From NCBI GenBank assembly GCA_963719035.1, contig CAVRAO010000002.1, forward strand, positions 320,001 through 384,000: a stretch of 64,000 nucleotides of DNA, given 5' to 3'. The translations under genes were made by a program, and so were the position numbers. Position 1 is the stretch's first letter, and the number at the start of each line of letters is the position of its first letter. The notes beneath the pieces were generated by a model. That model worked only from the letters and a program-made list of their open reading frames with translations. It searched no databases and was not told where the DNA came from. Shown here piece by piece: positions 1 to 9,611 of the stretch. Source of the DNA: Methanobacteriota archaeon (GTDB taxonomy: Archaea; Halobacteriota; Bog-38; Methanoflorentales; Methanoflorentaceae).

Positions 1-1384
1 CAACGTTAGAGAGGAGGATATTCTTGAGTATTACGCGGGTACCGACGTACACGATTATTTGAAAAGTGTTTATGACGGCAAAATTAGAACTGCTAGCAAG
101 CCACAGTACGTCGACAATATACCTCGCGCGTACACCGGCAAAGTCATTGATCTCATAAAAAAAGCTGACGAACGTGGAGTGCGGAGCACGCTGTTCAGTC
201 AACTTGAGCTGGATAACGTCGAAGAGCGGGAGGTAAGACATTTAAGCGGAGGTGAATTACAACGCCTCGCCATTGCAGCTACCATCGCTCGCGATGCGGA
301 TTTTTACTTTTTCGACGAACTTACACCCTACCTCGATATATATCAACGTGTTAACGTTGCACACACAATTAGAGAGCTTGCGAAGCGAAAGACAGTCCTC
401 GTCGTCGAGCACGATCTCGCCATACTTGATTTGCTCGCAGATGTTGTGCATATTGTTTACGGCGAGCCAGGAACGTACGGCGTTATTACAAATCCAAAAG
501 CGGTTAGAGTAGGGATAAATGAGTATCTCTCAGGGTATCTTCGAGAAGAGAATGTTCGAATTAGAGCAGAGGCGATTAAATTTGAGCTCCATGCCCCACG
601 CCTTGACATAGATACGCGCATCTTAGCACACGTAGAACACCTAAAGAAGAGTTATAATTCGTTCAAATTCGAAGCAGCCGGTGGCGACCTTACAAAAGGT
701 GTGATCGGCATTATGGGCGCAAACGGTACTGGGAAAACAACGTTCGTCAAGTTACTCGCAGGTGTGATCAAACCTGACGAAGGCAGTGTCGACGTCGAGG
801 TAAAGACCTCTTATAAGCCGCAGTACTTGACAAGAAACGACAACGCAGACGAAAGCGTCGGCTCCCTATTAAAATCGATTACAGATTTGTATGATTCAAG
901 CTACTACCGAACCGAAATCCTGCGACCATTACAACTTGAACGTATACTAGACAGGTCGCTCGAGAAACTGAGTGGCGGCGAGCTCCAGCGAGTGGCCATC
1001 GCCGCTTGCCTCAGCCGCAGCGCAGACCTTTTTATGCTTGATGAACCGAGCGCACACCTCGATGTAGAACAAAGGGCTTTAGCTACGAGTCTTATCAGGC
1101 GCTTCACCGAGAATAAGAAGGCGGGTACACTTCTCGTTGACCATGATATCTATATGATAGACCTCGCAAGTGAGCGATTAATGGTTTTTACAGGGAAACC
1201 TGGCGCAAACGGAACAGCTGAAGGTCCTTTTGATATGCACATAGGCATGAATCGCTTTTTGAAACACATAGGAATAACTTTTAGGCGAGATGAAGACAGC
1301 CACCGCCCACGAGTAAATAAAATGGGTTCCAAGAAGGACCGGAAACAACGCGAAGAGGGCGAGTACTATTATCCAGAGCAATAG
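1..1384 (+). CDS. rli: Ribosome recycling ABC ATPase ABCE1/RLI (5' truncated by window)
   Basis: Two ABC domains (LSGGELQR twice, GANGTGKTT), C-terminal TFRRD..RPRVNK..EYYY; frame open from position 2. Confidence 0.95.
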   Translation, partial: NVREEDILEYYAGTDVHDYLKSVYDGKIRTASKPQYVDNIPRAYTGKVIDLIKKADERGVRSTLFSQLELDNVEEREVRHLSGGELQRLAIAATIARDADFYFFDELTPYLDIYQRVNVAHTIRELAKRKTVLVVEHDLAILDLLADVVHIVYGEPGTYGVITNPKAVRVGINEYLSGYLREENVRIRAEAIKFELHAPRLDIDTRILAHVEHLKKSYNSFKFEAAGGDLTKGVIGIMGANGTGKTTFVKLLAGVIKPDEGSVDVEVKTSYKPQYLTRNDNADESVGSLLKSITDLYDSSYYRTEILRPLQLERILDRSLEKLSGGELQRVAIAACLSRSADLFMLDEPSAHLDVEQRALATSLIRRFTENKKAGTLLVDHDIYMIDLASERLMVFTGKPGANGTAEGPFDMHIGMNRFLKHIGITFRRDEDSHRPRVNKMGSKKDRKQREEGEYYYPEQ

Positions 1385-1413
1385 CCCTCCTTCTCTAGAG
1401 GTTTCGGAAGCAT

Positions 1414-2190
1414 ATGGCGTTTCCAAATGATCTGTACGATTTGAGCTCGTCTGCAGGCATCTTGTTGAGAATTTTGCTCTTTGGAGCTCTCACTATCATC
1501 GTCGCACAGGTGATTGAGACTTTGCTCGAACGATACTTACGACAAGCTTCGATACGGCTAAGAGTAAGCCCTACAAAGTATCTCGTGCTTCGGCGGCTCG
1601 TTGTTGCTGCGGTCTACGTAACGGGCGTCATCATCCTCATCTATTCAACGCCGCAGCTGCAATCGCTCTCCGTCGCTATTTTTACAAGCGTCAGCATTAT
1701 CGGTATCGTCGTCGGCATTGCTGCTCAGAGCACCATTTCAAATGTCATCGCAGGTTTAGCAATTGTTGTATTCAAGCCCTTTGGCGTTGGTGACTTTGTG
1801 ACCGTGCGCGGCGAATCGGGTTTTGTAGAGGATATCACCTTTAGACATACGGTCATTCGTCTTCTCGATGCCCACATGATCGTCCCGAACTCAGCGATGA
1901 CAAGTGAGGTGGTGTTTAACCACTCAGATCATAACATTGCATCCCGCATAGACGTTCGCGTTTCTTACGACTCGGATTTGAGCTTAACAAGACAAATTAT
2001 CCAACAGGAAGCACAGAAAACCGCTGAGGTTGAGCAAGACACGATAGAAGTGTTTTTATCAAAAACGGATGAGCAAGGGGTTACGTTTTCGCTTGTCTTT
2101 AGATTAGAGGGTTCGCCATTTGACTCCGTAAGCAGTCTTAAAGAGAGAATCGTTCTTCGACTTTTGAGCGAAAACGTGACCTTAAGGTGA
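1414..2190 (+). CDS. Small-conductance mechanosensitive channel (MscS family)
   Basis: N-terminal TM helices, GIAAQSTISNVIAG, KPFGVGDFV, IVPNS. Confidence 0.92.
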   Translation: MAFPNDLYDLSSSAGILLRILLFGALTIIVAQVIETLLERYLRQASIRLRVSPTKYLVLRRLVVAAVYVTGVIILIYSTPQLQSLSVAIFTSVSIIGIVVGIAAQSTISNVIAGLAIVVFKPFGVGDFVTVRGESGFVEDITFRHTVIRLLDAHMIVPNSAMTSEVVFNHSDHNIASRIDVRVSYDSDLSLTRQIIQQEAQKTAEVEQDTIEVFLSKTDEQGVTFSLVFRLEGSPFDSVSSLKERIVLRLLSENVTLR

Positions 2191-2260
2191 TTTAGAAGAA
2201 CTAACTACCACACGTCTGCGTTACTAATCGCGGAGCATGAACTGACATAAATTTCTAGTC

Positions 2261-3556
2261 TTACTGCAGCAGCAAAAAAATGACGACTGCCGCTAAGGCA
2301 CCGGCAACAGTTGCGAGCAAATTCACTGAGCTATTCGTTAAGTAATGTCTTCGCTCTAATACCGCCCCCAAAACGCTGTCGACGTTAGCCCCGAAAAAGC
2401 CGCCTAGAATGACGGGAACCATCGTGTTGACTGCCCCGACGCCAAGTAAGACCGCTATGATCGCTATTGCTCCAGCTCCTGCTAACGCAGAGTACTCGCC
2501 AAGCGTGGTTATTCCCCCATCTGTGCCATGTGATACTAACTTCAGATCAGTAATCAATCGCGGCAGCTTCCTGTAAGTCTGTCCAATTTCACTCGCTAAG
2601 GTATCACCAGTAGCTGTCGCCACGGCACCGATATAAGCTGTAACAAGCAAAGCGTTGCCTGTGATCCCAAAAGCGATGGCGCAAACTAGAGCCACAAGTC
2701 CGTTTCCGAAGACATTCCTATATCCCCTCGCGCCACCCCCTTCTTGCGCAATGCCAATAGCTCGTTTGTAGTCGTACTTATATTTCGTAAAGACCCCCCC
2801 AATGACGAAAAATGAGAGGATGAGCACGAACCACCGAAAGTCCGTGAATGAAACGATTAAGAGACCCATTAGGATGCCGCTGAGAACGCCTGAAACATCC
2901 GCCAGTTGGACCCTCCCAAGGGTATACCCTAAGAAGATCATAAAAAGCAACGTTAAAAGAAGTCGTAGCACCGGCACTGAGTAATCAAATCCGACGAATA
3001 GCCACATAACTAAGCCAATGCCGAGCGGCACGACTACGTTCTCCTCTATTCCGCGTAAAATAGTCTTCAACAGCGCCCCCACAAGCGCGCCAATCATAGC
3101 AACGAAAAGCAAAAAGTCGGCTGACGTGCTCACGCTCGTAAAAGTAGCAGCCACCCCTCCGACCAGAAAACCGAAGAAGCCTCCAGACAACACGAAGATC
3201 AGGCTGCTTGTGAAACTACCATAAGAATCAAACAAAACGGCAAGAACCTCTGCCAACGTTACAATTATAATAACCGTGCTGACTATATACAACGGTAAGC
3301 CTGAGACCACACTAAAGATGCAAAGCGCAGTCAAAGAAAGTGTGAGGGCCAGCGGTTTTATAAGCACTTCGCTTTTTCGGTCCGCAACAGTTGCCAGTAA
3401 CATGAACACATGCATCTTGGGGTTTATGAGCGCTATAAGCAAAGACAAAAACAAAAAGAGAAAAAGTGAGCCCGTGCTCCCTAAAAAAGGAACAACCAAG
3501 GCGACCAAACCAAAACTCGCGCGAATTAGCAGTCTACGTGCTGTAACAACATTCAC
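2261..3556 (-). CDS. DUF92 (TIGR00297) membrane protein with N-terminal polyprenol-kinase-like region
   Basis: Highly hydrophobic; RGYRNVFGNG, ATGDTLASEIG, GTDGGIT, DSVLGA motifs. Confidence 0.85.
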   Translation of the reverse strand: MNVVTARRLLIRASFGLVALVVPFLGSTGSLFLFLFLSLLIALINPKMHVFMLLATVADRKSEVLIKPLALTLSLTALCIFSVVSGLPLYIVSTVIIIVTLAEVLAVLFDSYGSFTSSLIFVLSGGFFGFLVGGVAATFTSVSTSADFLLFVAMIGALVGALLKTILRGIEENVVVPLGIGLVMWLFVGFDYSVPVLRLLLTLLFMIFLGYTLGRVQLADVSGVLSGILMGLLIVSFTDFRWFVLILSFFVIGGVFTKYKYDYKRAIGIAQEGGGARGYRNVFGNGLVALVCAIAFGITGNALLVTAYIGAVATATGDTLASEIGQTYRKLPRLITDLKLVSHGTDGGITTLGEYSALAGAGAIAIIAVLLGVGAVNTMVPVILGGFFGANVDSVLGAVLERRHYLTNSSVNLLATVAGALAAVVIFLLLQ

Positions 3557-3644
3557 GCTAATCCCGTTCTAGTTCAAGCTCGAAGTACTTTATGTTTACG
3601 ACGGTTCCGGTGGAAAGAGGCTAAAAGCCAAGACCAAACGACAC

Positions 3645-4283
3645 ATGATTTCAAACCTTTACGAGCGAAGGCTTCTCAATCAAATTCAAGAAGTACCACG
3701 ACACGTTGCGCTTGTTGTCGCTGAAAAAGACCTCAATACTGTTGAAGCGTATAAAAAGTTAGGTGCCTTTACGTCGTGGTGCCGCGACATTGGGATAAGT
3801 CGCGTTACAGTTTACATAAACATGCTGCGTCTAGGAGAGGAAGTCAACCAAAGGTTGCGATCACAGATAGTCCAAAGAGTATCGGATAGCCTTCAATCTT
3901 CATCAATTGCTGCTACCATTTATTCTCCAGACGCCAAAGACCCCACAAGCAGCGATCAAGCTCCCGATGTGAGTTTCTCTATTGGGTATGGTGGAAAGAA
4001 AGAGCTCGTCGATGCCATTAGATCGATAGCACAGAAGGTAATGGATAAGGAGCTAAGAGCTAATGAGATATCTGAAGAAACTGTAAGTGCACATCTCATA
4101 TTCAAAGAAGAGCCTGAACTAGTAATACGAACGGGTGAGAATCGGCTGACTGATTTTTTGATATGGCAAGCTGTTTATTCAGAACTATACTTCACTGAAG
4201 TGAACTGGGCAAATTTCCGGAGAATGGATTTGTTGAGGGCTGTACGCGACTATCAGAAAAGAAAACAGCGGCACGGGCTCTGA
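3645..4283 (+). CDS. Cis-prenyltransferase-like subunit (NgBR/Nus1-like, lacks DGNRR)
   Basis: PRHVAL, GYGGKKE, LTDFLIWQAVYSEL, C-terminal RHG. Confidence 0.85.
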   Translation: MISNLYERRLLNQIQEVPRHVALVVAEKDLNTVEAYKKLGAFTSWCRDIGISRVTVYINMLRLGEEVNQRLRSQIVQRVSDSLQSSSIAATIYSPDAKDPTSSDQAPDVSFSIGYGGKKELVDAIRSIAQKVMDKELRANEISEETVSAHLIFKEEPELVIRTGENRLTDFLIWQAVYSELYFTEVNWANFRRMDLLRAVRDYQKRKQRHGL

Positions 4284-4398
4284 TCATAAATAAATACTCT
4301 TCATTACGCGCGATTGTGCTTCACACAGATGATAAACCTTGAGCGGCAAGCCGTTCGAACTTCAACGCGCTATACGACACATTCAGTTCAAAGTGATC

Positions 4399-5346
4399 AT
4401 GAATATCGCACTTAAACTGCTTACCTCAGCTAAATTCACAGTCGCCATAATTGCCGTGATTATCACTCTAGCAGCGGTCAGCACTATTTATCCCGGGGGC
4501 GATGTAATTTTTGGGTCCTGGCTTTTCCTTTTCTTGATTGGACTGCTTGCATTATCAACCGCAAGTTGCAGTTTGACGAGAATCCCCCCCTTATGGCGCG
4601 CTGTTACGCATCCCACGGTAGAAGTCGACGATCAATTTATACAAAAGCTCCCGTACCACGCAAACCTCACGGGAGTTAAGGTTTCACAATTTAAAGCCCA
4701 TTTGAGAGGATACAAATGGTATGAATCGATTAGTTCCGAAACCACTTTCATATTTGCACAAAAAGGAAGAATTGGCAGATTCGGACCCCATATCGCGCAC
4801 TTTGGCGTGTTAATTCTCTTGTTGGGAGTCGTTATCGGAGCGGCTTATGGTCAAGCAAACCCCTACAGCGATAAGATTATGGTGATTCCAGTTGGTGGCT
4901 CGCAGCAAGTTGATGGCTTTGCTCTACGACTCGATGGCTTTCACGTGAGCTATTATGATGACGGTGCTGTGCGGGAATACAGGGCGACTGTCACAATAAT
5001 AGATGGCAATCAAATGCAAACTCGCGATATCACCATAAATGGGCCGATAAGCTACAGAGGGTTGACTTTCTTGTTATACGGCTATGATTCTAACGGAGTG
5101 TATGAATCTGGAAAGGCAAGCTGGGTTGCATTTCAAATAAAGAACGATGCCGGAATTGCCCTGGTTTGGGCGGGGGCTGCAGTGACGCTTATTGGAATTA
5201 TGTTGTCTCTCTATGTGTCACATAAAAGGATCTGGATAATATTCTATAAAGAACGTACTATACTTGGAGCGATAAGCAATAAAAAATCAGCACGATTTTT
5301 AAGAGACATTGATAATTTATGTGCAAAGCTTAAGGATGGTTCTTAA
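4399..5346 (+). CDS. ccsB: Cytochrome c biogenesis protein CcsB/ResB (System II)
   Basis: N-terminal TM pair, AQKGRIGRFGPHIAHFG with conserved His, external beta domain (INGPISYRG), C-terminal TM then HKRIW; ATG at 4399 preferred. Confidence 0.85.
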   Translation: MNIALKLLTSAKFTVAIIAVIITLAAVSTIYPGGDVIFGSWLFLFLIGLLALSTASCSLTRIPPLWRAVTHPTVEVDDQFIQKLPYHANLTGVKVSQFKAHLRGYKWYESISSETTFIFAQKGRIGRFGPHIAHFGVLILLLGVVIGAAYGQANPYSDKIMVIPVGGSQQVDGFALRLDGFHVSYYDDGAVREYRATVTIIDGNQMQTRDITINGPISYRGLTFLLYGYDSNGVYESGKASWVAFQIKNDAGIALVWAGAAVTLIGIMLSLYVSHKRIWIIFYKERTILGAISNKKSARFLRDIDNLCAKLKDGS

Positions 5347-5412
5347 GAACCACATCACGTGATCAGATTAACAAAAGAGAAATAATGTTTCGTTGAACTG
5401 ATAAAACGACCT

Positions 5413-6477
5413 ATGGACATCGCAGCTCTTGAACATTTAGGATTCGAAATTGCACTTGGTGCTTACCTCATATCATCGATCCTTTTTATCCTCTATTTGT
5501 CAACAAAAAAACGACGCCTTGCAGATATGGGATTTACCCTCATAGGCTTCGGATTCGCGTTTCAAACCCTTGCACTTATAACAAGATGGTTTTATGCGGG
5601 CCACCCGCCGTGGGTGAATACCTACGAAGTCATGTCGTTTTTTGCATGGACCATTGTGGGTGCATATCTCGCACTAAACGTCAGAACTGATTATAAGAGC
5701 GTCGGAACGCTCGTCGCGCCGCTCGCGTTCGCTATGCTTGGCTTCGCCTCATTACAGCCTTCAAACCCGGCGCCACTCATCCCTGCACTGCAGAGCGTCT
5801 GGCTGCTCATACACGTTCCCATCGTTGTGGCATCCTATTGCGCTCTCTTTATCGCGTTCGTGGCAAGCATTCTCTTTTTATTTAAAGACAAGCAGCTGAA
5901 CGAGCGGCGTCCTTTGGTGGACAATCGTCTGCCGAGAAAAAGGTCCGTGAACACCACGCCTGTAATCTCGCAGGAAACTACAAGCATCCTTGATAAGTTA
6001 AGTTTAGACCAGTTGGATGACTTAGCATACAGAAGCGTCGCAGTTGGATTCCCCCTCCTCACCATTGGAATTGTGACCGGAGCGATATGGGCTGAAGCTG
6101 CCTGGGGAAGCTACTGGAGCTGGGATCCAAAAGAGACGTGGTCGCTGATCACGTGGTTTGTCTTTTTGATCTATTTGCACGCAAAAACGCAGAATTGGAG
6201 TTCTTCGCTTGCAGCTTACATCGCTTCGTTTGGATTTATTTCCGTTATGTGCACATTTTTGGGCGTAGGGTATGTCCTTCCATTTCTCGAAACCTATATT
6301 AGTGTCAGCACGGGGTTGCATGGTTATACTGGGGGCGGTGATGTCGCGGGCACCGTATTTTTCTGTGGGATCGTAGGCTTCGTATTCTTATTGCTCTTCG
6401 TGACGCGTAAAAGGCCACCACGCCCAAGCGACGCGCCGTTAGCTGAAGCCAAAACCGAAGCTGCCCAAATTAATTAG
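5413..6477 (+). CDS. ccsA: Cytochrome c synthase CcsA/ResC (System II)
   Basis: WWD motif WGSYWSWDPKETW, RW..AGHPP, PALQSVWLLIHV, GLHGY. Confidence 0.92.
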   Translation: MDIAALEHLGFEIALGAYLISSILFILYLSTKKRRLADMGFTLIGFGFAFQTLALITRWFYAGHPPWVNTYEVMSFFAWTIVGAYLALNVRTDYKSVGTLVAPLAFAMLGFASLQPSNPAPLIPALQSVWLLIHVPIVVASYCALFIAFVASILFLFKDKQLNERRPLVDNRLPRKRSVNTTPVISQETTSILDKLSLDQLDDLAYRSVAVGFPLLTIGIVTGAIWAEAAWGSYWSWDPKETWSLITWFVFLIYLHAKTQNWSSSLAAYIASFGFISVMCTFLGVGYVLPFLETYISVSTGLHGYTGGGDVAGTVFFCGIVGFVFLLLFVTRKRPPRPSDAPLAEAKTEAAQIN

Positions 6478-7067
6478 TCGCAGAGCGTCTTTTTGTTCAA
6501 TAATTCGATATCTTCAAAGTCGTTGATGTTAATAAAAGTGCATAATTCCGGGTCGATGACACGAATCTCTTCTTTTGGCACATAGTTAGCCTGTAATTGA
6601 TCAACAACGTACATAATCGCACCTTTTCGCCTTCGAATTGCCGCTTTAGCAGCGCGAATCGTCGTCTCGCGCCGATATACTGCGTGCAAAGGTTCCAGGG
6701 GATAAGGAATGGCCACGTCGTATCCCACAGCCTTCTGAAAAAGCAAATCTACGACGTCTGCTTTTATGAAAGGCATATCACATGCTGCAACGAACGAATA
6801 CTCAAAACTCGACACTTTTAGTCCACTGCAAATGCCTGCCACAGGGCCGAAGCCTTGGACCTCGTCTCGAACAATTTTGACTCCAGCAAGGTGTAACTTC
6901 TTTTGCTGCTCTTCGTCTCGAGCGACAACAACAATCTCATCAACACAACCAGACAGTGTTTCGACAATATGGTTCAGTATCGGTTTCCCACGCAGTTTAA
7001 GCAATGCCTTCTCTACATAATTCAGTCTGGAACCCTTGCCTCCCGCCAGGACTATAGCAGTTCTCAT
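6474..7067 (-). CDS. mobA: Molybdenum cofactor guanylyltransferase
   Basis: LAGGKGSRL, GPVAGI, ACDMPF, EPLHAVY, FININ. Confidence 0.9.
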   Translation of the reverse strand: MRTAIVLAGGKGSRLNYVEKALLKLRGKPILNHIVETLSGCVDEIVVVARDEEQQKKLHLAGVKIVRDEVQGFGPVAGICSGLKVSSFEYSFVAACDMPFIKADVVDLLFQKAVGYDVAIPYPLEPLHAVYRRETTIRAAKAAIRRRKGAIMYVVDQLQANYVPKEEIRVIDPELCTFININDFEDIELLNKKTLCD

Positions 7068-8011
7068 TAATCGTTTTGAGCTTTAATTCCAGGGACAAAA
7101 TCTCGGAGAATCTCGTTAACCTCTTCGTGCGTGATAACGCAGGCTCTTCTCGATAGATTGAAGACCTCTTCAACTTCGACTTTGCCTATCTCGTTGAGAA
7201 ATAGAAAAGCGCGCTGAACGATATTGACCCTGCGTTCCTGCTCTCGCTTTTGATAAGTACGTACAGCTCTTAGAAGATCAATTCTTCGAAACTCTGGCCA
7301 ATAAGGGGCACAGAAATATGAACAACACTCGTTACCGTTAGCCTGCCAAGGGAGAAAGTTGGACGTTCGTTCTTCACCGCCTGACCTGATTATGAGGTCA
7401 ACGTCAGCGAGTGCATTATTGCTGTAAAAAAGCTCTGAAAGGGCGTTTTCATCGATTTCATCAACAGTTATTACGTTGTTTTCTACCAGCTTTGCGATGG
7501 AGCGTACAACGTCCACGATCTCCTTTCTTCCCCCGTAAGCCAAAGCGAAGTTCAAGTAGTGTTTCTCGAATAGACGAGTGGCTTCTTCAACACGCTCTAC
7601 TGACCGAAGGACGCCGTCTGGCAACAAATCTCGTTCCCCGATCATTCGAACTCGAACCTCCTTTTTGTGGATTTGTTCTTCGTTGAACAAATCCACAAAT
7701 CTCTGTTCGATAAGCGAGAATAAGGACTCAAGCTCTTGCTCGGGCCGCCCGTAGTTTTCAGTTGAAAATGTATAGAGCGTTAGTTCCTTAATTCCAAGAT
7801 CGAGACACCACCATAAAACCCGCTCCGTCGTCAAAGCGCCGTAAAGGTGGCCATGTGCACGGGGTTCACCAATCTTGTCTGCATACCGACGGTTACCATC
7901 TTGTATGATGGCGACGTGTTGCGGAATGGGAGCTGCCTTTACTTCTTTGAACAAAAGCCGTTCGTAAGCTTTATATAAAGAATTATGAGCGTTTTGCCTG
8001 ATCCACGACAT
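7067..8011 (-). CDS. uppS: Polyprenyl (undecaprenyl) diphosphate synthase, catalytic subunit
   Basis: HVAIIQDGNRR, FSTENY, YGGR, RSGGEERTSNFLPWQ. Confidence 0.95.
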   Translation of the reverse strand: MSWIRQNAHNSLYKAYERLLFKEVKAAPIPQHVAIIQDGNRRYADKIGEPRAHGHLYGALTTERVLWWCLDLGIKELTLYTFSTENYGRPEQELESLFSLIEQRFVDLFNEEQIHKKEVRVRMIGERDLLPDGVLRSVERVEEATRLFEKHYLNFALAYGGRKEIVDVVRSIAKLVENNVITVDEIDENALSELFYSNNALADVDLIIRSGGEERTSNFLPWQANGNECCSYFCAPYWPEFRRIDLLRAVRTYQKREQERRVNIVQRAFLFLNEIGKVEVEEVFNLSRRACVITHEEVNEILRDFVPGIKAQND

Positions 8012-8018
8012 AAAGCCC

Positions 8019-8360
8019 CTAAAACACGAAGTCCTTAGTTAGAGGGATATGCCCCTGTTCTTCGCTTAGAAGTGACTGAACGACTTCTTTGTATGAGTCC
8101 TTCAAAGAATAGACGTTGTGATTCTTGGTAACGTCAATCCTAAATATCCCCAACCGAGTATTCATAAGCCCTACCATTGCGGAAACTCCGCGATAACTCA
8201 CTTCGTAGCCGCTATCCTTCAATTGTTGGTACACCTCTTCAGTTGTAAAGATATGCTTTTTGAGAAACAGCTCGAGCACGGCCCTTCGTACTCCTAGCCC
8301 GTCCCTTTCAAGATAATTCTTCAAGCGGTCCTCAACGTTTCTGTCGTTCAGCTCAATCAC
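8019..8360 (-). CDS. DUF2551 winged-helix protein
   Basis: YLERD.LGVRR, GVSAMVGLMNTRLGI. Confidence 0.8.
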   Translation of the reverse strand: MIELNDRNVEDRLKNYLERDGLGVRRAVLELFLKKHIFTTEEVYQQLKDSGYEVSYRGVSAMVGLMNTRLGIFRIDVTKNHNVYSLKDSYKEVVQSLLSEEQGHIPLTKDFVF

Positions 8361-8393
8361 ATCCGAGGCGATAATAAATCACCAACGAGGTAT

Positions 8394-9410
8394 TTACGTT
8401 TTCTGTTTAAAGCAATCGCCTAATGGGGTGATTTCTACCACCATGCCATCTGGATAAGTCTCAACGACGCGCGCTTTCTGTGTCAGATGTGGGTGATCTT
8501 TCACTAGCTGCAACGCTAATTGCCACGAAGTAAGGAACTCGCCGTTTACAACCACATATTCCTTGCTCGAAATGCCTTTAAGGTACTCAAAACTCGGCAC
8601 AGATCCCAACACGCCGAAAACGAGGGTTCCGTCGTCGGTTACTTCGTCGAAAGACCGGGCTACGCGTAGTGCTTTACGCTTCAGTCGCTCTCTGAGCTGA
8701 ATGCTGTCTTTTGATGATGAAGAACAGAAATAAACTGGCAGTCCATCGCTAACAATCTCCAAGGCAGTCTCTCGGCTGCCGAAAGCTGCATAACCAGATT
8801 TGAGCGGAACAAACCCTCTTGCGGTCATAGCGTCATAGTTTGTCTCTGAAAATTCAAGTTCGTTGAGATTGAGGAACCCGCCAAGCTCCTTAAGAGCTTC
8901 GACAATCGAAGGGACAGGTTTAATCGCTGGAATCTCAACTCCTGCGTGCAGGCCGAGTTGCCCTGCATATGCAAGCGCTTCGCAATAGCAAGATGATGAA
9001 AAATCATCCCACTCGTCTATCGGGGGGTGAAGTCGAATTTCATCCAACCCGACACGGGCTAAAGCGTCGAGAGTGTGATCAGAGGGGGCAAGAGCACTGT
9101 AAAGATGGACGTGATGCGCTTGTCCAAACTCACTTTTTAAAAGCCTGACATAATCTCGAACTCGATCGAGCTTCAACAAAGGTTCGCCGCCTGTGATACC
9201 CGTGCCAAGGGCGTCCATGGACCATGCTTCTTCTAAGATATCAGCATCGTTTCTTACAAGTCGCTCGTTAGCATATGCGACGTCTTTTCCCCTCCTATGG
9301 TCGGATAAAGGGCAATAGTAACAGCCCCTATGACACAAACCAGTGACAAAAAGCACCATCTTAGCGCCAAGCTGACATAACTCGCATCCCTTGCTATGTC
9401 CTATTTCCAT
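8394..9410 (-). CDS. Radical SAM protein (archaeal COG2108-like)
   Basis: CHRGCYYC, N-terminal GCELC, GITGGEP, NLNELEF. Confidence 0.9.
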   Translation of the reverse strand: MEIGHSKGCELCQLGAKMVLFVTGLCHRGCYYCPLSDHRRGKDVAYANERLVRNDADILEEAWSMDALGTGITGGEPLLKLDRVRDYVRLLKSEFGQAHHVHLYSALAPSDHTLDALARVGLDEIRLHPPIDEWDDFSSSCYCEALAYAGQLGLHAGVEIPAIKPVPSIVEALKELGGFLNLNELEFSETNYDAMTARGFVPLKSGYAAFGSRETALEIVSDGLPVYFCSSSSKDSIQLRERLKRKALRVARSFDEVTDDGTLVFGVLGSVPSFEYLKGISSKEYVVVNGEFLTSWQLALQLVKDHPHLTQKARVVETYPDGMVVEITPLGDCFKQKT

Positions 9411-9611
9411 GCACTCAGTCTCTCTTTTGCGATTTCAACACATCTGATTCGTTCGTCAATAATTTGACATAGAATCCGAACGCAACTCTCTTGATGTCAC
9501 ACGTGTCCCTTTATCACGTAAAAACTTAAGTATAATCGTGTTAAGGGGTTTATAACTCCGATATACAGGCAACTTAGATCAAGCAGCTTGGACGTGGTTG
9601 GAGGCTGCAAT

